DNA from: Felis catus | Lineage: Eukaryota | Length of the DNA: 64,000 bases | Assembly (NCBI RefSeq): GCF_018350175.1 | Contig: NC_058383.1 | Span: 38,688,001 to 38,752,000 of the forward strand | Direction of reading: 5' to 3' | Shown here: piece by piece, positions 1-13,938 of the stretch | Position numbering within the stretch: the stretch's first letter is position 1 | Layout: every line of letters starts with the position of its first letter | The notes under the pieces: generated by a model | Seen by the model: only the letters and a program-made list of their open reading frames with translations | The model's database searches: none | Told to the model about the DNA's origin: nothing | Position numbers and translations under genes: made by a program

Positions 1-104
1 GTGAGCCCGCGGTCTGCTAACCCCCACGCTCCAGGCAGACTCTCTGCCCCCCTCCTTTTTCCAGGAGGTCTGACACCTCACCGACCGATTCCTTTGGCAA
101 ACAG

Positions 105-1438
105 GACACCCTGTGCCCTGAGATCCAAGAGGCGCTCAGCCACCAGTCTTCGCCCCAGGAGGAGAGCTTGGAGCCTCCCAAGAAGCGAGCATCCCTGAGC
201 CCAGGGGAGATACTAGAGGAGAAGGAGGCCGAAGTGGCCCGGCTGCAGGATGAGGTGTGTTGGGGGGCGGGGGGAGCATGGTGCTAGATATAGAGTCCCT
301 CCCAAGGCCACTTTCCGTTGCCCATCTACACCTCTGGGCCTTTACCCACGAATCCCCCTCTACCTGGATTGATCTGCATCCCAACAAACTTGCACTCAGG
401 CTTCAAGAGCCAGCCTGTAAGCCACCCCCTCCAGGAAGACTTCTTGGACCGCATCCCCCGCTTAGTCCCACCTCCCAGTGCTTCTCTCAGCATCCTTCCT
501 GCGGGCTTACACCACCCGACCGGCCCCGCTCCGCCCCATCCCGCACCAGCCTGGGGGCTCAGAAGATTCATCTCCAGCACGGCCCACCGCTGCCCGGAGT
601 GTTTGTGGAGCAGGCAGGGGAGGGCGCAGAGACCTGAACCCCTGGCTGCTGAAGAGCGGGACCTCTTCAGTCAGGGGCCTACCTGTCTCTCTTCACCCTT
701 CCCTGCCCCCAGATGGCGCTGCAGCGGGCCGAGTTGCAATCCCTCCGGGAGGAGCTGCAAAGGCAGAAGGAGTTGCGGGCACACGAGGACCCCGAGGAGG
801 CCCTTAGGGGCGCCCTCTCGGATCGAGATGAAGCCGTGAACAAGTGAGCTTCTGCCACCATCCACCACAGCCCCAGTGGGGCTACAAGGCACCCTGGGCC
901 TTCGATACCCCCACGCGTGATAGAATTATTCCCACACCCACCGGGGGCCCTCCGACTTTGTTTTCGGTGTTCGCGGCCCCACCCCTGTCCGGGTCCAGCA
1001 GCGCCCCACCACCCCTGCTCGCTGAGGCCCCAGTACCCTCGGGTCCGCTCACTGCCTCTCTTGCCTGCAGGGCCCTGGAACTGTCCCTAGAGCTCAGCCG
1101 CGTCTCTCTGGAGCGGGACTCGCTCTCCCGGGAGCTGTTTCGCACTATCCGCCAGAAGGTGGCGCTGACGCAAGAGCTGGAGGCCTGGCAGGTGAGGGGC
1201 GGGGCCTGGAGGGGCGGGGCCCGGGGCGGGGCCGGCTCGCTGACGGGCTCCTCCCACCCGGCCTCCCTACCCGCAGGACGACATGCAGGTGGTGATCGGC
1301 CAGCAGCTGCGCTCGCAACGCCAGAAAGAGCTGAGCGCCACCGAATGTGGCCCGCGCCGCGCCGCGCCGCGCTTCTCCCTGCGCCTGGGCCCTGGGCCCG
1401 CCGGCGGCTTCCTGAGCAGCCTCTTCCGAAGGACCTGA
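105..1438 (+). CDS. BICDL2: BICD family-like cargo adaptor 2 (CCDC64B), last four coding exons; gene starts upstream of the window
   Basis: GT-AG exons 105-254, 713-843, 1071-1191 and 1277-1438 splice in frame to ...[28 protein letters not shown]|[21 protein letters not shown]...DEAVNK|[40 protein letters not shown]|[20 protein letters not shown]...[11 protein letters not shown]. This is the BICDL2 coiled-coil C-terminus; synteny with THOC6. Confidence 0.93.
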
Positions 1439-1888
1439 CGGCCGGGCCCAGGGGGCAGCGCGTGCCCGCTGGTTCGCTTTCCTCTTCTGGCCAATGTAGC
1501 AACAGGGCCCCGATCGTCTTCCAGACGGGGCTGGTAGCTTCCCCACTCAGGGAGGCTGGGCAAAGTCACACTGGGAGCAGGGGCCAGCTTTGGGGGTCAG
1601 GGGCCCCAGGTGGGTGGCGGCGCAGGTGGGGCAGAGCTGAGTCTTATATCTATACAGGACTATATTTTCTAAACACTCTGGGCCTGGCATGTTCCAGGGC
1701 AGAGATGGGGGTGGGTATTTATGTATCAAGATCAAACAGAGTAATATATAAAAATTATTACACTGACTTGGCCTCTATTCTTGGGATGAAAATGCATGGA
1801 AGAATAGCCTGAAATTTTATTTGGTAAAAAAAAAGGAAAAAAGAAAAAGCACTCCAGATCCCTGGCACAGAGGGGGCGTTGCCAGAGA

Positions 1889-4730
<2,842 letters not shown>

Positions 4731-5134
4731 CGCGAGAACTACAAATCCCAGAGTGCTCCGCGCGACGCAGCTTCACGAGTCTGGACGTGCCCGCGAGCGG
4801 TTCCCCCTCGCGGAGCCGCACAGCCTCAACACGGTTCGTCGGCCCGGCGCGAAGGCGGCCGCCGCGTGTTACCCCGAGCCCCAGGAGCCCAGGGACCGCC
4901 GCGAAGATCGCCAACACTAAGTGGCGACCACCGCAGCCCCGCTACGCCAGATCCCCTCCCCCACCCCGCGGAGCAGACCCGCCTTCCAGCCGCGCGTCGC
5001 TCGTCCTCCGCGCCTGCGTAGAACCTCGCCGCTGCGCGCGCCTAAAGCCACGCCCCCCCGTGCTGGGCCACGCCCTCTGAGGCTCCGCCCTGTCGCCCGG
5101 ATCCCACCCTCTGCCCGCAGGACCCCGAACCCAA

Positions 5135-6191
5135 ATGATCCTACAGCAGCCCCTGGAGCGAGGCCCCCCAGGTCGGGCCCAGCGCGACCCACGGGCCGCG
5201 TCGGGGGCGCCCCGAGGCCAGGACTTGAGGTGTGTGTAGGGGCGCTGGGTGGGCCAGGCCCAGGGGCTCAGGACCTTTGGCTGGAGGCTCTGGAGTGGTC
5301 TGCAGGATGACAAGCGGTGGGGCGAGTCGTCAGGGCTTGGGCATAGGCTGAGACTGGGCTGAGAGGTCTGAAGCAGGCTGCTGGATGGCCTGGGAGAGGG
5401 GGGTGACTTAGGTGTCAGCTGAGACAGAGGTGGGCTGGGGGCTCCTGGCTTACACTGCAGGCGCAGGAGAGCAGATCCTGGGGATGGGGCGAAGAGGGTG
5501 GGGTGCACCTGGTTTTCTTTTCTTCCCAGCTCCCCTCTCCAAGGAGCTGTGCCCATGAGCACCAAGCGGCGCCTGGAGGAGGAGCAGTGAGTTTGGGGAC
5601 AGGGAGGGACTCCCAACAAGACCTCTGTCACCTTAGGTCCCCATCAGACTGCTGCTCGTGTGAATATCCTAGCCTGCCTGTCTCCCCGTCTCCCCCCAGG
5701 GAGCCCCTGCGCAAACAGTTCCTTTCTGAAGAGAACATGGCCACCCACTTCTCTCGACTCAGCCTACACAATGACCACCCTTACTGCAGCCCCCGCATGG
5801 CTTTCCCATCTCTGCCCCCACTAAGGTAGGCACCATCCACCGTCTGGGCCTTCTGGAAGATCACACCCGATCTTTGGAGCCAGTCTCTAGGCCCTGCCTC
5901 ATCCTGCTATTTTTAGCTTCTAGCCAACCTCTGTTGTTTCCCATCTTGGCTCCTTGGAAGGTGCTGGCAGCCCACGAGCTCCTGGGGACCTGGACCCGGT
6001 GGGAGGTGGCTCTTCCAGACCAGCCTCAGCCCCGTGCTGCTATTTCCTTTTCCAGGAGCCCTTGCTCTGAGCTGCTTCTCTGGCGCTACCCTGGGAACCT
6101 GATCCCCGAGGCACTCCGGCTGCTGAGGCTAGGGGATGCCCCCACCTCCCACTACCCTGTGACCCAAGCTGGAGAGATAATGGAGCTCTGA
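5135..6191 (+). CDS. HCFC1R1: Host cell factor C1 regulator 1 (HPIP), 4 exons, 137 aa
   Basis: Exons 5135-5229, 5530-5586, 5700-5825 and 6056-6191 (414 nt). [10 protein letters not shown]...[12 protein letters not shown]|[30 protein letters not shown]...LRLLRLGD...GEIMEL*; contains the HCF-binding motif DHPY. AATAAA at 6414-6419. Confidence 0.94.
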
Positions 6192-6695
6192 GTGCTGGTG
6201 GGAAGATCCCTGCCTATCTTCCGTCTTCCCCAAACCGAGAAGACCAGCATCCCCACTAAGGCACCAGCTGTCCTGCTTATTCTCCGGACCAGGCCTCTGG
6301 GCCACAGGACCTACCCCCAACAGAGGAGGACACTGAACCCCACGGAGCCCTGGGCCGGGAGGGGCAGGAGGAACCGGAGCATGGGAAGGGAGGCATTCCC
6401 CTCCAGAGAACCGAATAAAGATTGCCGAGCAACTGAAGGTGTCAGTCTGGAACCCTGGGGCCTTTGGGAAGGAAGGTGGGAAGACTGGGGTGCTGGATGC
6501 TTAGGGTTTCTCAAAAATCTTCCCTGGAAAACGGTCAGGGCCAGGCCAGGTCCTGGCAGGCTGGGCTCAGGCATTGAGAATGTGTGAGTCAGAGCCTCAC
6601 CCCCGCCCCCGCGGCTGACTCACTCCTCCCTCCAGCTCTGGGAAGTCGGGCTGGGGATCGTGCCACTCTCCAAACCATTTAAAGTTATAGATTCT

Positions 6696-6707
6696 TTTAT
6701 TAATAAA
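6696..6707. terminator. Palindromic poly(A) signal TTTATTAATAAA (AATAAA on both strands); likely TNFRSF12A poly(A) site
   Basis: TTTATT at 6696-6701 (AATAAA on -) directly followed by AATAAA at 6702-6707 (+), between convergent genes. Confidence 0.65.
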
Positions 6708-7182
6708 TTCTCCCTCCCCTCCAAACGCTCTCCCCAAAATAAATACTCCCCCCCTCTTTGGGGGTGGGGGGGACAGTGTCTTAGGGCCAGCCCCCCTAGA
6801 GGGCCAGCCCCCTAGTGTTAGCGACAGGTCCCTGACCCCCCCAGGCAGAGACCCTGTGGTGGAATTTCAGTACATCTGAGTTGGTGGGGCCTCCTGATGT
6901 CTGGCCCTCGGGTCAGCCTGGCCCTCAGGCCCTGGGGGTGGAGGGAGGGACCCTTTGTGCAAATGCTGCGGTTCCTCAGTGTCAGCTGTCTGGTGTGACC
7001 CAGCATGGGTCTCCTTTCCTGTCCTGGAGCCAGAGCCAGGGCAGTCAGACACCTTGGAAGCCTCCTCGGAAGCCTGGGCCCAGGCCTCGGGGAGGTGATT
7101 CACCAGTGCCCCATCCCTCCACACCCCTGCGGTTGGAAGAGTCTGGCTCTGGCTGTGTGTCGGGTGAGGGGCTGGCTCCAGA

Positions 7183-7225
7183 ATGAATGAATGAATGAAT
7201 GGATGGATGGATGGATGGATGAATG
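7183..7225. repeat. (TGAA)n(TGGA)n tetranucleotide repeat in TNFRSF12A 3' UTR
   Basis: gaatgaatgaatgaatgaatggatggatggatggatggatgaatg. Confidence 0.85.
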
Positions 7226-7266
7226 ATGAGTGGGTGGGGCCTCCTGCTTGGCAGGGGCTCTCACTG

Positions 7267-8762
7267 TCACTGGATCAGTGCCACGCCGGGACAGCCCTCC
7301 CCGCCGGTCTCCTCAATGGGGGCTGCAAAACAAGAAGAGGGGTGGTCAAGGGCAGGGGAGACGTCGAGGAGTGATGGGGAGTGTGCGGGCGGGCCTGGCA
7401 CACTTACTAGTAAACTTCTCTCTCCTGCGGCACCGTCTCCAGACCAAGAAGCCAGAAAGCAGTCCCAGCACGAGGGCTAGGCTCAGAGCGCCCCCCAAGA
7501 TGGGCCACAGTAGTGGGAAGGAGGCTGGAGGGGAAGCAGCGCCTGGGGGCGGAACTCCAAGTCAGACCTCGCCCCTCTCGGTACTAGCCCCGCCCCCTAG
7601 GTAGAGCCCCAAGCCTTTACCCCACCTTGGCCCCTGCCCTGAACCCACCATTTTCCCACCCACCTCCCACCCACCCCCGCTTCCCGATTAATTCCTCAGA
7701 TCTGAAGCACTGCACCCCTCTCCGCCCGGGCAATCCTCTCTCCCAGTCTGGGGTCCGCTCGCCTCCGGGCCCCGCCCCCCACTCACAGCCCAGGCAGAAG
7801 TCGCTGTGCGGTCGCGCCGGGCACGACGCGCAGTCCATGCACTTGTCGAGGTCCGCGCTCCAGGAGCTGCCGCGAGAGCAGGGGGTGGTGCCTGGGGAGG
7901 GGGCCGCGGGTCAGGCTGGGGCGGGGCACGGCTATTCTGGGGGCTGAGGTCAGGGTCTGTCGGCTCGAATAACGTGAGTCACCGGCGCCCTCCCCTCGCA
8001 TTCCTCACAGGTGACCGCACGACCCGACCGGGACTCGGCAGCGCGGGGGAAAGGGGGGCATAGCGCGGGACGCTTGTGGGGGGGGTCAGGTCCCCCCACA
8101 CAACCCCCCCGCAGCCGGCGGGTGACTCACTCCTGGGCACGGGGCCGAACCCCGGTCCCTCCCCCCACATAGCTGGGCACTGAAGTCACCGGATGGAAGG
8201 AGGTACCCCACATGGTATAGGGGGTACAGACCCCGTGCCCTCGGCACCACCATCCCCCCACCCCGACTCTTCGGTCACTGGGGCTAGACAGAACACGTAT
8301 TGAACAGGCTGGGGGCGTGCCTTCCCACCGAACCAGACAACCCGCCCTCAAACTTTCTTTCTCCCTCCACTTCTGAGTCTGGACTTTTTAGGACAGAGCA
8401 CCCCACCCCACCTCACCGCTCCCCCCTCCCCCAGTTGAACGGGGGGGGGGGGGGAACTGAGGCCTGGCCTGAGGATGAAGTTCGGAGCGGGATGAACCTC
8501 TCCTGGCCAGAAGCCCGGTGTCCGGAGACCACCCGACCGGGATCCCCACGTCCGCCTAGTACCGCCCAGATCGGCCCCGTTCTCTGGGTCCCCGGTGCCG
8601 GCTCCGCGATCCCCGGCGGGAGGCTCCCCCCGGCCTCCCGCGCAGCCCGGGCCCCGCGCCCGGCGTACCTGGCACTCGCTCCCCGGCCACGGCGCCCAGC
8701 AGGGCCAGCCCGAGCCCCAGCGCGAGGAGCCGCGGCAGCGGACGCAGCGGGCCGGAAACCAT
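7267..8762 (-). CDS. TNFRSF12A: TWEAK receptor Fn14, 4 exons, 129 aa
   Basis: Exons 8762-8669, 7891-7787, 7542-7408 and 7322-7267 (390 nt). Signal peptide MVSGPLRPLPRLLALGLGLALLGAVAG, single cysteine-rich domain CSRGSSWSADLDKCMDCASCPARPHSDFCLGC, TM segment, TRAF motif PIEET, end VALIQ*. Confidence 0.96.
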
Positions 8763-9469
8763 GGTGCGGGTCCGGCGGCCGCGGCCGTGTGTGCCCGCCG
8801 CGCGCGGGCCGGGGCGGACAGCAGCCACTCCGCCTCCACCCCCGCCTTCCGGGGCGGTCCCCTCGGCTCGGCCCGCCCCGCGCGGTCGGCTCCTGGACGC
8901 CCCGCCCCGCCCGGCCCGCTGAGGTCAGTCATTCGCTCAACAAACACCGCCTCCTGGCGCGAGCGGCTGGGACCCCCGCAGGGACGCAGCCCTGGCCCTG
9001 CCCTCTGGAAGCTGGAGTCCCGGAGACGTGTGCTGGCGGAATCGGACACGGAACAGCCCACCGCAGAGACACCTGCGGCTTTCCTAAGGTCCCCAGGGTA
9101 TAATAACAACAGAACAATAACAACAACAAAATAATGATAATAATATGTCTTTAGTTTCTACCTTAGGACACAGTTACACAATAAAACGTGGGCTTCTTGC
9201 CTCCTTTTGGCCGAGCAGGAAACTGGAGCTTGGGAAGGTTAGGTGAGTTGCCGAGGTCACAGCGCTAGTAAGTAGCGGAGCCAAGAGCCACGCTCCGTTT
9301 GGCTCCACGCCCTGTGCCCCGACCCGCTGCGGGCCCGACGTTCGCCAGCTGAGGTCCCCGCACCCCGGGCCAGATGCGGGCGCAGCGGCCCCCGGCTCGA
9401 GCGACCCCAACTGACGAAGCTGGGATTCGCGCGCCCGCGGAGGTCCGGAATGGGGTCTCTGCCCCTCCC

Positions 9470-9572
9470 CGGGGCGGTGGTCCGGTGACGTCACTGCCTC
9501 TTTAAGACCCCCGCCTCCGCCCCCATCCGCACACTCGGCGGTTCCTACGAATCCCAGTGGGCTTCTTCGCAG
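9470..9572 (+). promoter_or_regulatory. CLDN6: CLDN6 promoter and non-coding exon 1
   Basis: CRE TGACGTCA at 9486-9493, TATA-like TTTAAG at 9501, GC boxes, donor CGCAG|GTGAAC at 9572/9573; acceptor just before the CLDN6 ATG (...ctcctctcag|cctcaacctcgccATG). Confidence 0.65.
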
Positions 9573-11263
9573 GTGAACCTGGGGGAAAGTGCGCGCGTTG
9601 GAGGGGAAGAGGCAGACTCCTCGAGGAGTGGGGTGCAGACGGCGTGGGTGGGGGTGCGTGTAGCGAACCTGGGCTGATCTGGCTGCGGCCACCGGGGCAC
9701 AGCTCCTGGCCGGGGATCTGCACCGAAGCCGCAGAGATCAGGTCCCTCTGCAGCCGCGGAAGGGTTAAACGCCCCTCCCCCTCCCCCGGGACAAAGGCAC
9801 CGAAACCCGGGCGCCCCTCCCCCACCTGCTCTGCTCCCTGGGGCGGGGCTCCCCTCCCCCTCCCCCTCACCTACCGGAACCGACCCTGCTGCTCCCGCCG
9901 CCATTAAACCCTCCCCGCAGAGCGCCTCCCGGGCTCGGACCTGGCGACCCTTCCTCGGGCAGGACTCAGGAGGGAACTAGGGGTCGAGAGCGGGAGTGGG
10001 CGCCCTCGGACCAAGCCGAGTCCGCAGTGTGCGGAAAGAGAAGGGGTCGAGGGCAGAGGTGGGGTCTCGGAGGGGAGAGATGCCGGGTGCCTGGGCCGGC
10101 GTGGCCCCTGCGCTAACCGGGCCAGAGGCCTGGAGGACTGACAGCGGGTTTGGGAAGAGCGCGGCCAGGTATGGCTGGGCGTGGGCGATGCAAATGAGGA
10201 GTGGACGGTCTGTCTGTCCTTTGGCCACACTGCTGGGGCCGGTCCTCAGTTCAACTCCAAACCGTGCGCGGCAACTTTGGGTAACGGAGAGCCAGAACAG
10301 GACCCTGAACAGAACTGATCCCCCAGCCAGCCACAACACCAAGTGGGATGCGAGGGGGGGCCAGGGCTGCGGCGGAGGAGCTGGTTCACTGGGCAGAATC
10401 CAAGGGTTTCAGGTCGTCTTAGGGAAGTTGAGTCCTTAGAGGATGGCATTTGGGGCAAGAACGCACAACAGAATGTCCCCCACCTTGGAGGTGTGCTCAC
10501 GGAACCCCTAGGGGAGGGCGGAAGAGCCAGGCCCGGGCGCAGCCGGTAGCCCTGGGGAAGAAGCGCTTTTGGGTGAGAGGGTGGTATTTGTGGTTTTCAC
10601 TGCTCCTGCCCCTCTGGGGTTTGACTGAGGCTGGACTGGGCCAACTGGGCCAGGCAAGGCCGGGAAGGGTGGGTCACCTGAGACACAAACATGACCACCT
10701 GCCTGGGGGGATGGAACCGGGCTGGGGTGAGGAGTTTGTACACTGCTACTGGGTGGTTGGGAAGCAGCTTGGATCTCTAATCGTGATGTTGGAACTGACA
10801 GGTTTTGAGCCTGAAACTCATGGCTAGCACCAACCCACCATCTGTGTGCCCTAAGGAAACGCCTGGAAATTGCTGTCTGATAAAATGTAGGAAAAGTGGC
10901 TGGGGCCATGGACTTGCATTGGTATGGGCTTTGTGTCTCATGTGCCCTCGAGACAGCCAGGACTGGGTTGCTTACTTTTTCGCTCTTGTAAGTCAACGGC
11001 AATCCCAAAGCCGGCGGGAGGTGGGGGGGGCGGGGGCGGGGGGAACTGATGCTAAAGCATTAAGTGTTCGTTTTGGCCACGAGAAAACGAGGCTCAGAGA
11101 GTGTGCTTTGCCCCTGGTGTACTGATTCCCAGGGTTTGTGTTCCCCGGGGCCACGGAATGTGGCATGAAGAGTTAGCACGGGAACAAAGGGTCTGGACCT
11201 GCCTGTCTTGACAGCAGTCTCCTTGCGTCCCCCAACGTAGCTCCTCTCAGCCTCAACCTCGCC

Positions 11264-11929
11264 ATGGCTTCCGCTGGCCTGCAAATCCTGGGGATCATCC
11301 TGACGCTGCTCGGCTGGGTGAACGCCCTGGTNNNNNNNNNNNNNNNNNNNNNNNNNNNNNNNNNNNNNNNNNNNNNNNNNNNNNNNNNNNNNNNNNNNNN
11401 NNNNNNNNNNNNNNNNNNNNNNNNNNNNNNNNNNNNNNNNNNNNNNNNNNNNNNNNNNNNNNNNNNNNNNNTGCTGGCGCTGCCCCAGGACCTGCAGGCC
11501 GCCCGCGCCCTCTGCGTCGTCGCCCTCCTGTTGGCTCTGCTCGGGCTGCTGGTCTACCTCGCGGGAGCCAAGTGTACCACCTGCGTGGAGGACAAGGACT
11601 CCAAGGCCCGTCTGGTGCTTGTCTCTGGGATCATCTTTGTCATCTCGGGTGTCCTGACCCTTATCCCTGTCTGCTGGACCGCCCACACCATCATCCGGGA
11701 CTTCTACAACCCTTTGGTGGCCGAGGCCCAAAAGCGGGAGCTGGGGGCCTCCCTCTACCTGGGCTGGGCAGCCTCTGGTCTTTTATTGCTGGGAGGGGGG
11801 CTGCTGTGCTGCACATGCCCCTCGGGGGGGGCCCGGGGCTCAAACCATTACATGGCCCGATACTCCGCCTCTGCCGCACATGGCACCTCTCAGGGTCCCT
11901 CCGAATACCCCGCTAAGAATTATGTCTAA
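11264..11929 (+). CDS. CLDN6: Claudin-6 (single coding exon; 140-N gap at 11332-11471 over extracellular loop 1)
   Basis: [22 protein letters not shown]...[15 protein letters not shown]...[25 protein letters not shown]...EYPAKNYV* with PDZ-binding YV end; gap keeps the frame; AATAAA at 12531-12536. Confidence 0.95.
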   Translation: MASAGLQILGIILTLLGWVNALXXXXXXXXXXXXXXXXXXXXXXXXXXXXXXXXXXXXXXXXXXXXXXXXLALPQDLQAARALCVVALLLALLGLLVYLAGAKCTTCVEDKDSKARLVLVSGIIFVISGVLTLIPVCWTAHTIIRDFYNPLVAEAQKRELGASLYLGWAASGLLLLGGGLLCCTCPSGGARGSNHYMARYSASAAHGTSQGPSEYPAKNYV

Positions 11930-13284
11930 TTCCGGTAGGGGAGCGGGGACTCCCTTGACAGCGGAGTCTAACTTCCTGAGCCGGAGACGTGGAGATGGTG
12001 ATCCAGACAGCTTTGGGTGGTTTTTTATCTTTTTTGTGGGGGAGGAGCGGGGGGAGTGGTATTTTTAAAACTCAGTTGGTAACCCGACCAAGAAACTCAG
12101 CATCTCTCTTGGGCTCTGCTGCTGGTGCGTCTCCCCTTTGGATGATGGAGCCAAGGAGGTGATGCTTCACAGTTTCTGGATCTTTCTCCACCCCGGACAT
12201 CCCCATCTCGGAGGCCAACCCACAGCCGCGGGCCAGCGTGAAGGCTGCCTGCTGTTCAGATGCTTGCAGCCTGTCCCCAAGAGTCCCTCCTTAGTGGTGG
12301 GTCCTCTGAACCCCCAGGGGCTCCTGAGCCTCAGGTAGCCCGCCCTTAGAAGAGCGGGCGGTTTAAGTTACCAAAGAACCATCCACCTCCCAAGTGTTCC
12401 GACCTCTGGCTCCTCTACCCTGAGTCCTGCCCCAGCTGTGCCCTAGACCACCTCCCCCGCCCCCCTCTGGCTCACCTTCAGCCCCTGCACGCTTCTGTCA
12501 CGCCCCCCCCGCCCCCCACAGTTTTTGTTAAATAAAGCTCGTCTTATTTTGTCGCTTGCCTTGGGTGTTGCTGGGGGGCTGTTGAGAGCCAGCCCGACAG
12601 GGGGAGAAGGTGGGTGCAAGTGGCTCATCTTTCTCACCCTCACACCTCGAGTGGTGAGTGAAGGTACCCACGGGACACGTCCTGGAGCGGGCCTTGGACT
12701 GACAGTCCCAGGAAGGCCACCCGGTCTTCCCTGCCTGACCACAGATCAGAAGAATCCAAGGTACAAATGCTGTTTATTCCCTACTGGCAGGGGGGAGTAG
12801 AGGGTGGGGTGAGGGGCTGGGCCTCCGGGCCTGAACTCCTGGGTGCAGGTGGTGGCCAGCTGGAGGGGACCCGCTCCAGGGCAGGGATCCCCTCCTCATT
12901 TTGGAACCAAGGAGCTGCTGCCCTTCAGGTGAGGGGCAGGCTCCTGGGGGCAGGGTGGCCTCAGGAAGAGGCGTGCCAGCCGGAGTCCTGGACCAGAAGA
13001 AGACAGATTGTGGTGGGAGGTGGGGGCAGGCCAGCGTCGCTCTGCCTGGGTGGAGGAAACAAGAACGCGTGGGCCCCCCCCGCCCCCGCAGAAAAGGGTC
13101 TGGACTCTTCCGGGCCAGCTGGCCACACCTCTGGAGCCAGACCTGACTGGAGCTTCTGGAGAGCGGGTTTCGCCAAGGGAAGGGGTTGACGTCGGGGGGG
13201 GGGGGGGGGGGGCAAGGGTTGCCACGGGGCATCCGGCACAAAGTCAGGGCTCTGAGCAGCGGGTTTCCGGGGACGCTCTCCGCC

Positions 13285-13938
13285 TCATACGTAGTCCCTC
13301 TTGTCCAGCCCGGACGCACCTGAGCGGGAGGGGATGGAGTAGCCCAGCCTGGGTCCTCGGGGCCGGTCGATCTGGGGTGGGGGGCACGTGCAGCAGAGGA
13401 GCCCCCCGCCCAGCATGAGCAGAGCGGCGGCGGCCCAGCCCACGTAGAGGGAGGCCCCCAGCTCCCGCTTGAGGGCCTCGGCCACCAGGGGGTTGTAGAA
13501 GTCCTGGATGATGGCGTGCGCGGTCCAGCAGACCGGGATGAGCACCAGGATGCCCGAGAGGAGGAGGAGGACCCCTGCGGTGAGCACGATGCGGGCCTTG
13601 GCACCTTCGTCCTCCACGCAGGTGGTGCACTGGGCCCCCGTGATGGCCACCAGCAGCCCGAGCAGAGCCAACAGGAGGGCGATGACGCAGAGGGCGCGGG
13701 CGGCCTGCAGGTCCTGGGGCAGCGCCAGCANNNNNNNNNNNNNNNNNNNNNNNNNNNNNNNNNNNNNNNNNNNNNNNNNNNNNNNNNNNNNNNNNNNNNN
13801 NNNNNNNNNNNNNNNNNNNNNNNNNNNNNNNNNNNNNNNNNNNNNNNNNNNNNNNNNNNNNNNNNNNNNNACCAGGGTGCCCAGCCAGCCCAGCACGGCC
13901 AGGGTCATGCCCAGGAGTTCAAGGCCGGCTGACGCCAT
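13285..13938 (-). CDS. CLDN9: Claudin-9 (single coding exon; 140-N gap at 13731-13870)
   Basis: [22 protein letters not shown]...[20 protein letters not shown]...[13 protein letters not shown]; minus-strand AATAAA at 12773-12778. Confidence 0.95.
   Translation of the reverse strand: MASAGLELLGMTLAVLGWLGTLXXXXXXXXXXXXXXXXXXXXXXXXXXXXXXXXXXXXXXXXXXXXXXXXLALPQDLQAARALCVIALLLALLGLLVAITGAQCTTCVEDEGAKARIVLTAGVLLLLSGILVLIPVCWTAHAIIQDFYNPLVAEALKRELGASLYVGWAAAALLMLGGGLLCCTCPPPQIDRPRGPRLGYSIPSRSGASGLDKRDYV

Noticed and set aside
8300-9134. 253-267 aa ORFs over TNFRSF12A exon 1
   Set aside because: Chance ORFs in a CpG island overlapping a known exon.
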